A stretch of DNA of 64,000 bases from Blepharisma stoltei ATCC 30299 (taxonomy: Eukaryota > Protista > Ciliophora). The stretch lies in the NCBI GenBank assembly GCA_965603825.1, contig CBFDEM010000046.1:310001-374000 (forward strand). The letters are read 5' to 3'. Position numbers and translations under genes: made by a program. A model generated the notes under the pieces. It searched no databases and was not told the origin of the DNA. It saw nothing but the letters and a program-made list of their open reading frames with translations. This document shows, piece after piece, positions 50,677-61,190 of this stretch (within the stretch, counting starts at the first letter, position 1; the number at the start of each line of letters is the position of its first letter).

Positions 50677-51006
50677 CAAGCTCAACAGCTCTTACAATAT
50701 TTATTGTCCATATTCAAATTATTAAAATAAGTAATATTTATACTTTCCTGTATTGAAGATCTACTGAAATAAGATATATTTCTAATGAGGATAATAATAG
50801 CAACACAAAAAAGAAAAGATTCATTACATGGTTGGCTATAATTTCCAACCTCACAGTTTTTAAATAATTATAAATTATCAGAAGGGGCAATAATACTTTC
50901 AACACTCTGAGTTGTGACGCAGATCCTTAATAATTTAAGCAAAGACTCAAAAATTGAATCAGTTTTATTTTATTATAGCTATTGGAGATTAGATAATAAT
51001 AGGTAT

Positions 51007-51897
51007 TTAATTACTTATAGGATTATCTAAACTAAATTCAGCCAACGTGCTCAAGATCGCCTCAGAACTTACCACTTCAAGCTCATGCAAGCTCTGGTAT
51101 GGAAGTGTTTCTCCTGTGGCTCTATTAATGAGCCCAATAGCGCAAGCAGCAGCTTTTATTTTCCCTTTGCTTTTATCAGCTAATTGCAGCAGCTTAAACG
51201 TCTCCATTTCGAAATTGCTAGCTTCAGACTCATTTTCTTCCACAAACTGTATAAGTCTTTCGTTGTAGTCTTCAAAGAGATCACCTGCTCTTCCTTGAGC
51301 TGCGTAAAATGTTTCTGTCGTTATGTTCACTCCTTCTCTTACTTTTTCATTACTTAATTTCGATGATAATTTTGAATATAGAAGATCCTTTAGAGAAGCA
51401 TCAGCGTCAACTGGGTTTGTGAGTCTATAAGGCTCATCGTTAGAATTTGATGGGCAGTAGTCATAATTCTGCTGCACAAATCTGGCTTGTTTGGCCACAA
51501 CAATAGTGCCAGCAGGCCATGAAGGCTTTAGAAGACCTGTGGTGCCTAACCTAATCATAGCAACGTTTCCTTGGACATAAAAAGTGGATTCTCTGACCAC
51601 AAAGTCCATCATTGCGATGCCCATTCCAGTTACAATAATCGAAATTGGAACGCCTTTATAAGTTCCAGTGTATGTTGTAAACATTCTCTCGCTCTTAACG
51701 ATTTTTGTACTTTCTGGGGAATCAAATAGCCTCGCAATTCTTTCAGCCCTCCCAGCATCTCCAACTGATAAGATCCTATTTGCTACGTCGCCAGCTTTGA
51801 CTCCTAGATGCATTGTGGCTCCGCTTTCTAGAAGAGGGAAATTGGGGTTAATTAAGACTCCTGCATTTTGTGGTTGCTGGACACTAATATTATCCAT
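51007..51897 (-). CDS. uridine/purine nucleoside phosphorylase (PNP_UDP_1)
   Basis: HLG...G.VA.RILSVGD.GRA, GMG, IRLGTTG, FYAAQGR, NFEMET. Confidence 0.9.
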   Translation of the reverse strand: MDNISVQQPQNAGVLINPNFPLLESGATMHLGVKAGDVANRILSVGDAGRAERIARLFDSPESTKIVKSERMFTTYTGTYKGVPISIIVTGMGIAMMDFVVRESTFYVQGNVAMIRLGTTGLLKPSWPAGTIVVAKQARFVQQNYDYCPSNSNDEPYRLTNPVDADASLKDLLYSKLSSKLSNEKVREGVNITTETFYAAQGRAGDLFEDYNERLIQFVEENESEASNFEMETFKLLQLADKSKGKIKAAACAIGLINRATGETLPYQSLHELEVVSSEAILSTLAEFSLDNPISN

Positions 51898-51930
51898 TTA
51901 TATTATGTTAATTGTTCTCCTTGTGGAGAA

Positions 51931-53178
51931 TTAGTCCGCTGATGAAATTTCTATATTTTTGAATGCTAAGGCAAGTAAAGACCCAGAAACGATGCCGTAA
52001 ATTAGCCCTAAGGACATAAATGCTCCAGCTCTTGATTTTGAAGATTCTTGGACTTGGGTCGGACCAATAACCATTGCACAAGTTGATGTGTAACCACTTG
52101 AATAAGCAAAGGCTGCCATGTTAATGAATTTAAACCATGGATAACTGAAAAATCAGCGCGACTCGCCAGTTGCGATTAATATGAATGTAGCTCAAAAGAG
52201 AAACCGCGATACGGTTATAATTCAAAGCCATTTAATAGACAAAATATAAAATCTTGGAGTAAGCCTTCCTAAGAAGTCAAAAATATTGCATGTGACAACC
52301 ATTAGGGTTGAGAAGTAGGAATAAGGCAGCCCTCTATGTAAAAATTACTTGATGTTCGTTGCTAATGCTACTCCGATCAGCATTCCTTGTGTAACTAAAT
52401 TGCAAAGATAAGCTAGAAATAGAGGCTGCCAAATTTGACATAATAAAGTTTTATTGCTTATTTCTTCTATTTTAGGTGTCAGTACAAAATTCTTAAAGCT
52501 TATGTCTCTGTTCTCTGCAGAAATATTTTGCATTTGATCCGATTCTTCATTGAATTTTGTTCAAGTTATTTTTTTACCTGAATTATCCAATGATCCAACC
52601 ATAAAAGGCTGCCTTATCAAATGCAGCTGTGCAAAAATGCATATAAATAATATAAAAGCAGCCAAGAAAAAATGCATGAGTGTGCCTGCAAAGTATCCAC
52701 TTTTATCTTGTGAAAATGATATTAAGCAAATCATTCTAAATATACTCATGAAAACCCCAATTAAGCCGCTTCCAATCATCACATAATTTGTATATTCGCT
52801 TGGCAGATTCCCAACCATTTCAAAAACACTTGTTTGACTAATAGAGCTTGAAATTCCCATAATCATAATCAGTATGCATATGATAGGAAAACTGCCCTCT
52901 AAACAGTGCGCAAGTATTGGTGAAATGACCAAAATACTCGCAATTATTGAGAAGTTTATTGATATACGCTTGATATAGCTAAACTTATATCCGTAAAATA
53001 CAACTAAAGGTTGAAGAATAACTGCTGTTACATTGCTGAGTGCTGGAAATATAAATGAAGGCTGGTCATGTGGAAATTCAGCATTAAAAAAATCAAATGA
53101 AGCAAAGAGAGCGCTTCATCCCACTAGGATTCCGACTCCTTGTAAAAATATTTCAATTTTGAAAAGTCAGTCTACCAT
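51931..53178 (-). CDS. equilibrative nucleoside transporter (ENT/SLC29)
   Basis: QGVGILVG[W]S..DFF, Y...VM.GSG..G, D.LGR..P, R.L, S.GY.STC.M.GP..E..AG..M..L..G...GS; intron 52334-52348. Confidence 0.85.
52334..52348 (-). other. 15-nt intron
   Basis: Minus strand GTAATTTTTACATAG removes in-frame stops. Confidence 0.88.
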
Positions 53179-53399
53179 TTCTTTTTAGAGATTATTGGAC
53201 CAACGTTTTGAGATAATCGTGTTCCTATTGTTTATATAAAATTATAACTAGGGAAATTAGGCTAACACTGAGCCAAAACTTATATGCAAAATTAGAGATC
53301 AGTAAGGTGTCACAAAATGGTAAATAAAAAATATATTGCATGCTTAAAATTAATTTTTTACGTTTTAAGACTTTTCAAAATAATTGAAACTATAAAAAG

Positions 53400-53472
53400 C
53401 TCCGAGACCGGGAATTGAACCCGGGTCCCCTGCGTGACAGGCAGGGATACTTGACCACTATACTATCTCGGA
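53400..53472 (-). tRNA. tRNA-Asp(GUC)
   Basis: Minus strand TCCGAGATAGTATAGTGGTCAAGTATCCCTGCCT-GTC-ACGCAGGGGACCCGGGTTCAATTCCCGGTCTCGGAG; T-run terminator 3'. Confidence 0.95.
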
Positions 53473-53552
53473 TTGATTTCTTACATTTATTTTTCTATTA
53501 ATATCTTAGATTTCCATTTCACAGAATTTTCTTTTTTCACTTTTAGATAAAA

Positions 53553-54956
53553 ATGGGACCAAAAGCTATTTTGGGTTTCCTCCTTATTTCCTTAATCTCA
53601 GCCCAAATTCCTGAAGAAGATGGAGTCTGGGTTCTTTCAGATATAAACTTTAATGAAGCTTTGGAGAAGCAGCCAGACCTTCTTGTTGACTTTTATGCTC
53701 CTTGGTGCGGACATTGCAAACAACTGGCTCCAGAATACGCAAGAGCAGCTCAAGCCTTGAAAGAGAGAAATCCACCAATTAGAATTGCGAAAATAGACGC
53801 CACTCAGAATCCAAAACTGAGCCAGCAATTCGATATCAACTCTTATCCAACTATCAAGTATTTCATAAACAAAAAGCCGATCGATTATAATGGAGAGAGG
53901 ACAAAAGACTCAATTATTTCTTGGGTCTTGACCAAATCAGGCTCAAATATTAAAATTATTTCATCTTTGTCAAGTCTTCAAACTGAAATAGAAAAGACTA
54001 AGTCGGCTGCAGTCATTTTTACTCAAAAATCATCAGGAGAATTGAAGCTATTCAATGAAGCTTCTAAATATTTTGAAGGGCTTCCTTTCATTCAATCTAC
54101 TGACAGCTCTTCTGCAGCTTTTTACAATGTAAAAGAAAATGACGTAGTTTTGTTTAAGAAATACGATGACCGACAAGTAGTTTTTGATTGAAGTTCCAAT
54201 GGCGATCTGATTGAATGGATCAAATCAGCCAAGCGCCCTTGGGTATGGAGATTTGACGAAGAAACTGCAGAACACCTATTTAAATACAGCAATCCCGGCT
54301 TGATTTTATTCAAAAGTGACTCAGATAGCTCCCTGATGTCAATGTTCGAAAAACTCGGAAAAGAACTCAAGAGCGAAATTCTCTTTATATATGCAGACAT
54401 CACAAGACAAGAAAACAAAAGACTCGGCGAATACATCGGCGTGGCCCCACGAGATATGCCTTGCATTTATATTATTGAAAATAATGGAAACAAAAAAAAC
54501 AAACTTGACACTTATATTAATGAAGACTCTATAAGAAACTTCATTACAAACTGGAAAGAAGGGAGACTTGGAATTAGATCGCAGCCAGTGGCAGCCTCTC
54601 CCAGTGGCTCTAAAGTGAAAATTCTGACAGAAAGCAACTTTGATTCAATTGTGAATGACTCTTCCAAAAACGTGCTTGTGGATTTCTACGCGCCTTGGTG
54701 TGGGCACTGCAAAGCTTTGGAGCCAGAAATTGAAGTTCTCGCTTCTAAGATTACAGATGACTCCATTATTATAGCAAAACTTGATCACACAGCTAACAAC
54801 ATAAGAGGTCACCCAATCTCTGCATATCCCACAATAAAATATTTCCCAGCCAAGGATAAGAAGCCTTTAGACTACGAAGGCGACCGCGTCTGGGAAGCCT
54901 TACTGCAGTTCGTTACCGACAACGCTTCCTTTAAGTCGCCAAGAACAGATCTTTAG
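53553..54956 (+). CDS. PDI: protein disulfide isomerase (a-b-b'-a')
   Basis: Signal peptide, two FYAPWCGHCK sites, C-terminal RTDL; TGA 54189-54191=W. Confidence 0.93.
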
Positions 54957-54972
54957 TAAAAATAATTTAAAA

Positions 54973-55950
54973 ATGGGTCAATCTCATTCTAAGAAACCAC
55001 AATGGCCGTCTTCTCTAGATTTAATTGACTTCCGTCGCCAGATCCAAGCAGGTGACTTAATTCTGATTAGCACATCCGTTCCACTTGAAACTGATATGAA
55101 AATTCCTCCGACTCTTCTACACTGTATTGAGTATAACTTACACAATAGGACTTCTGTGAGCACTCATAGGAATTTTCCAGTATGAGATTCAGCAGGAATT
55201 GTAGTGGATATGGCATTGGGAGATAACGATAAAGGCGGAAAATGCATACTTGAACTTACACAGAATGGTTTTGTGGAAAGTGAGTTTTTGGGGAGAATGG
55301 CTGAATTAAAAAGGAAACAACATCGCATTGCAGTTAGATTTATGGGAACAGAAAGAACAGCTGACTTTAGAGAAAAATTGAAGTATATTGCGGATTATTT
55401 GAATGGAAAATCTCTGGAAGATATGACTGGGACTGAGGTTTATAACGAAGTGAGAAGAAAAGTGGATGAAATAGTAGAAACAAGAACCAGGGAATCTCAA
55501 ATTTATGATGAGCTTAAAAAAGCATTTTATATGACCGTCACTGATCCTAATGAGCTAGCTATCAATAAAGGCCAAGTGCTAGACTTGCTGAGAGAATTTA
55601 CCGGACTCAGAATGGATGTAGACTCAGAAAAACTATTAGAGGAGCTAAAGCTGCCAGAAAGCGCCACTTATGAAGAGTTCAAAGAAGCCTGGGCAGATGG
55701 ACCTGGAAGAAAACTACTATCTGAGGAATTTTATGAGCCTTCTTTGCTGGTTGGGCAGCTCATCCGGTATATTTATCTTCACACCAATGTGATATACGAG
55801 CTTGAAACTTCCAGACCAATGGCGCTCACTCCAGACGATTTTGCAACTCCTGCCGATTTTGACACAGCCCTGGGCCCTGCCTTTAGGAATGTCATGCTGA
55901 AGACTTTCCCCAACATCACATTCGGCCCTCATATTCAAATTATGCTTTAA
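54973..55950 (+). CDS. possibly myristoylated permuted papain-like (YiiX/NlpC-P60) fold protein with EF-hand-like insert
   Basis: MGQS start; AGDLILI, [W]DSAGIVV, ILE..G, IAVR, L....Y, LTPDDF; family assignment by eye only. Confidence 0.55.
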
Positions 55951-55963
55951 TAATAAAAATAAA

Positions 55964-57712
55964 ATGCACGAAGGTATTAGTTTCGATGAAGTAAATCTAA
56001 ATTAGGCTTTTTCACGCATTGGTGGGAAAAACTTTTACCAGTTTTTAACTCTTTTGCCGCTAGGCCTGATACTTGTTCAAGCTTCCATTATTGTGTCAAG
56101 CACTCCAATTTTTTTGACAATTCCAGGAATCAAGTGTCAAATTAACGGAGCCTTGGTTCCTTGCCTAGAAGAAGAAATATGCAGCCCTGGAAGTCATTAT
56201 ATTTTTGATAATAAAGATATCAGAACTGTTGTGTATGAATGGTATTTTTTAGTCAGAAAGCTTGTTTGTGAGAGCCATGCGTATGTGTATATTATCCCAG
56301 CAGTTTTTTTTATAGGGATCTCAATTGGCACATTTATATTTGGTAATGTGGCAGAAAAACAAGGCAGAATTACAGCGCTGAGGTGGAGTGCGTCCTTATC
56401 TTGCTTATTTGAATTTATTATTTTTTGTTCAGCATCTGCTTGGTTTTTTACTGTCAGTTTTTTGTTTTTAGCTATTTCGCTGTCTGGATGCGTGTTTATT
56501 CCATTTGTATATACTATAGAAATAATCAATAGTCAAGTTAGGCCACTTTTTATATTTATCCTGATGGGATTTTGGGCAGTTGGCTTTGAATCATCATATA
56601 TGCTCGCTTATAGTTTCAATTCATGGAGGCCGATGATAATTGCTTCTTTAGGAGTTGGACTACTTGGCTTACTTTTACTGTGAAACATAGTTGTTGAATC
56701 TCCAAGGTTCATGGCTTTTAATAAGAGTAGATATACGAAGGTAAGGAAACTAATGGAGCATATCGCAAATAGAAACTCAAAATCAATGTTTGATGAACAG
56801 CTTCAAGGGGAGTCCATTAATGAGTATAGCGAAACTGCAGGAAAAAGCCATATTGGCAGCCCTGAAGGCTCTGCGAATCGATCAGATGACAACATTGCAA
56901 GCAATCGATCGGGAGCTGTTGCAGCTCCTTATGAATACATGGGAGGTGCTAGCAATATAATGGACAGAGAACAAGAATTAGAAAGAGGACAAAACATCGG
57001 CTATATGGATTTCTTAAAGCTGGAATCATTAAGGATTAAATTTGCAATCATGGTTTGGATTTGGGTTTCAACTTCAATGGCTTACCATATGTATTCCAAC
57101 TCTAAAGAAATGCTCGACCCTGATCCCACTGCAAACTCTATGATTTATCTCTCAGCTAAAATCGGTGGCTGGACTTTTGGGCTGCTTCTTTCAATCTGCT
57201 TCAGAAGCAAAAGGAATTTGGTTTTCAGCATATGCTTAGCAAGCGCAACTATAGCACTTGGAGCTTTGCAAGACTACACTAATATAGATCCGATCTATTC
57301 GTTTCTTGCTTCATATACAAGCACCAACTATCTTTTTATCTGCCTCTCAATCTACACATTGGAAATTTTCCCAACCCCAGCTCGCTCTTTGGGAATGGCA
57401 ATCGTGAGCATAGTATTTTGGATAAGTGTAACATGGACATATGTGCTTTTTAAATATGCCCCTATGCAACTTTCAGCTGGAGTTACTATTATGATTGCAG
57501 TTTCTATTGTTTTCTTATTCAAATTGAGTGACCCAGGGAAGAGACCCCTTTATGATACAATAGATGAAATCTCATCATCAGTTTCAAGCGCAATATCAAG
57601 TGACCAATCATCAATTATTGTTAAAAAAGGAAACTCAGCGTTAAGGGATAACCATAGCCGCGGCAGAAGCTTCAATGTTCTTAATGAAGATGCATCTGCA
57701 ATTGATGATTAA
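55964..57712 (+). CDS. MFS organic cation/sugar transporter (SLC22-like)
   Basis: TVVYEWKLVC after splicing, AEKQGR, YTIE...R, ESPRF, YTLEIFPTPARSLG; introns 55991-56005 and 56242-56256. Confidence 0.85.
55991..56005 (+). other. 15-nt intron
   Basis: GTAAATCTAAATTAG removes an in-frame TAG. Confidence 0.85.
56242..56256 (+). other. stopless 15-nt intron
   Basis: GTATTTTTTAGTCAG; removal restores the SLC22 motif EWxLVC. Confidence 0.8.
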
Positions 57713-57825
57713 ATTTAGATTAATTGATTTAAGTGGTACTCTAATTTAATTATCTGCACAGGAAGCCAATTTATTCAAAATTTAATTTACTTGTGTGCAT
57801 TAAATTATGAGCATAAAATAGACCT

Positions 57826-58233
57826 CTACGAAATTATCATTCGTTTGAGTCCAGTCTTAAGGAAAATCTTCCTTGATGGTTTTGTCTCCTTAATGATTTT
57901 CAATATCTCGATTTCTTCGTAATTTTTAACAATTTTTTCAGGAGAGTATCTGGTTGTCAAGGTTTTTAGTTTTGGGAACTTTTTCTTTGGTATCTCTTGG
58001 GTATCAAAGAGACTGTTGATTGTTGTGCTTATATTATCAATATCTGTGGAAACATCCCTTATATCATCTAGAGTGTCTCTCTCATAAAATCTTACACTTA
58101 GCTGCTTCTTGTGAGCCTCATTAGGTGTTAAAATAGAAGACCCTACAGATACTCTTCTGGATTTTGTCTTTTTCACAAGATCTTTGAGAGGCCTATTTTT
58201 AACTCTTCTCAGCTTTATAACATTTTCAGACAT
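57826..58233 (-). CDS. hypothetical basic protein
   Basis: ATG-TAG ORF with AT-rich flanks. Confidence 0.6.
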   Translation of the reverse strand: MSENVIKLRRVKNRPLKDLVKKTKSRRVSVGSSILTPNEAHKKQLSVRFYERDTLDDIRDVSTDIDNISTTINSLFDTQEIPKKKFPKLKTLTTRYSPEKIVKNYEEIEILKIIKETKPSRKIFLKTGLKRMIIS

Positions 58234-58559
58234 ATTAATTATATGTGATTCAAGTCTGATAGAAATATAAGAAAATATATAAAATCTTAGTTTATTTTAT
58301 ATAATTTTTAGAGTTTTTTTTTAAAATAATGATTAATGCTGCTATTTATTAATCAGCTTTTAATTTAAATTATTTTCAGAATCTTGCGAGGAAATGTGAG
58401 AAATTGTTTATTTCAACTCATTTTTTATTTTATTAAAAACGGACGCTTAACGATTTTGTATATTTATCATATGATAATAAAAAATTAAAATCATAATTAA
58501 ACAGGAATAATAAAATCCTAGCAGATTTTATTTAAACGGATAAACCCAGAAATAAATAA

Positions 58560-60587
58560 ATGGAGATAAGTGAGCAAGAGCTTGGTGAAATTGGCCGTTC
58601 CTTATTTGTCTCAAGTCTTCTTGCTACATTGACCCCAACCAACTTCGAAGACAGTTCCAGGTGGCTCGAGATAAACAATGAAAAATTCGTCGATCACGAC
58701 TTTCCCCCAACTCAGTTTTCACTGATCAAAGACCCTAAAAACAGTCCTCGCACCAAACCTTGGAGTCGTTTTGTATGGAGAAGGGCAACTGAAGTTTACC
58801 CAGAGAATGAGCTTGCTCTCTTCTTAGATGGAGTTTACCCTGACGATATCAGACAAGGAGCACTTGGTGACTGCTATTTCCTGTGTGTTTTGAGCTGCTT
58901 GGCTGAAAAAGCAGACAGAATCACAAAATTATTCATCTCGAAAAACGCCCACAAGAATGGCCTTTACGCTGTCCAGTTCTGTGTAGATGGCGAATGGAAA
59001 GAAATCGAAATCGACGATTACTTGCCATGCGGCAGTGCCACATCAGGCCCTTGCTTCTCTAAAGCTTCTGGCAACGAGCTTTGGGTTCCTTTATTAGAAA
59101 AAGCTTGGGCAAAAGTGCTCGGGTCATATGAAAGAGTAGAAAGTGGAAACTCAGTTGATGCATTCAGAGATCTAACTGGAGCTCCAACCCAGCAATACAA
59201 GCTTGACGAGACTTCGTGGGACAAAATCTCTGAAGGCACTGAAAAAGGATTCATTATGTGCGCACAGGCTGGAAGCACCAAGGCTTCTCAAAGACTTCTT
59301 GAGTCAATGGGACTTGTAGGTGCCCATGCCTATGCAATAATCCAATCAGCTGAAGTAGAAACCGCTGATGGAAAAGTTAAGCTTGTTGAGCTTAGAAATC
59401 CATGGAGCACTTTGGAATGGAAAGGAGACTGGAGCGATCACTCTGATAAATGAACTCCAGAACTCAGGTCTGCTTTGCATGTGACTGATGAAGACGATGG
59501 AACTTTTTGGATGAGCTATGAAGATTTCATGGACTATTTCTCGAATTTGTTAGTCTGCAGAATCAATGATGATTACGCTTATTCATCAATCAAATTAAAA
59601 CAGCACAAAAATGCCCACAATGTAGTCAGAATTGCTGTCCCTCAAGATGGTACTTATTATTTAAGCGCAAATCAAAAAGATAAGACTTCTTCAAGCCACG
59701 CTGGCTATGAATATTCATATGGAAGAGTAATTATTTCAAGAGAAACTGATGAAGGCCTGCAATACGTTGGAGGCTTCGCTGGGGCTGATAGGAACTTGTG
59801 GTATGAGGCAAATCTTCAAGCAGGAAACTACCAAGTTCATGTAGAATACAACACTACAGCAGAGGCTAAACGATACGTTTTAAGTACTTATGGAACTTCT
59901 GCTACTACCTTTGAAGAAATTCCTGAGACTGAAGGCTTCCTTGAACAAGTCCTTAAATCAAGAGCTCTTTTAGCTAATAAAGCTACCTCTTATGCAGAGC
60001 AAGGGCTTCCAGACTGCACCAAATATCATGAAATTTTACCTGAAGGGTATGGATATTACTTCATTAAAAATCTATCAACTGATGGCTCTGCACTACAAGA
60101 AACCTGCTATTTCAAGTCTTTCAAAAATCTTGAATTGCACCCACCATATGGAGATGCCAAATATCAAGTCATCGTCGGTCCTGGCCAAGAGGTCATTATT
60201 GTTTTCCACCAAGTGAACCCTGAAAAGAAATGCTCGATCAGCACTTCAGTCACATCAGAAAAAGTGACTGATAAAAGAACCATTCATGAGAGAGCCAAAT
60301 CCACTGGAGCGGTCGTAAAAAGAAAAGACCCGAACACCAATAAAGATTTAGACATTTTTGTCTATACTCTTAAACATGAAGAAGGCGTCGTCTATCTTTA
60401 TGAGAATAAAAGCAATAAAATGCTGAACGAAACAGTGGTCTTAACTTATAAAGGTCTTCAATTAATTGGGCATGACTCTGATAGAGTAGTTGTGAGATTA
60501 GGGCCAGGAGAAAGCTATACTATTGAGCTGAGAGCAGTGGAACCTAAATGGACCATTAACGCAGCGGTGAGCTACACCATTTCTTAA
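58560..60587 (+). CDS. calpain-family cysteine protease (calpain-15/SOL-like)
   Basis: FVD.DFPP, DIRQGALGDCYFL, LWVPLLEKAWAK, GAHAY, LRNPW, WSD.S.K[W]T, GTFWM; domain III-like C-terminus. Confidence 0.93.
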
Positions 60588-61157
60588 GCTAATTCAATCT
60601 TATTAATTTAAAAATCAAAATGGTGACCGATTTATAATATTGCCCTATAGGCATTTATAAAAATATCCAAAAGTGGTTTATAGCTATTATGCGTAAAGTA
60701 GAGACAAGTAAATGTCATACCTCTTAAATTCTTTTTCCTTGATTATATTAAATTAGAGCTTATATATAATTGGGCAGACTTATATTTTCATAGTACTCAA
60801 TAAAAGTAAAAATCCCATTTTATTAATTAATTTATCTCTCACACCATTCATTTATTAAGTTAAATGAACTAAAGAAATTTTCAACTTTAAAAAAGAATAG
60901 AAATTACAAGTATCTGCCACTGCACACTATCCCCAAGTACGATGAAACTCCTGGGAACATTTCTTGTTGAGCTATACTTTCAAGATACTCTTGTTGACGA
61001 TTTGACCATTTGATTTCTCGAAGCATTCAAGATGTTATTTTCTAAAACTCCTGCTACAGCATTTGTGAATTGTGAATTTTTAGTTTGTGCAGGTTGAAAA
61101 TCAAGTGTTCCAATGCCTGAATTAAAAGTTTCCTATTTAGAGAAGAAATATATGTAT

Positions 61158-61172
61158 ATTGATTGATTGATT
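61158..61172 (-). repeat. (AATC)3 short tandem tail at the retroelement 3' end
   Basis: Plus strand ATTGATTGATTGATT, 18 nt past the RT ORF stop. Confidence 0.6.
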
Positions 61173-61190
61173 AAATTAATTATTGGCGTA

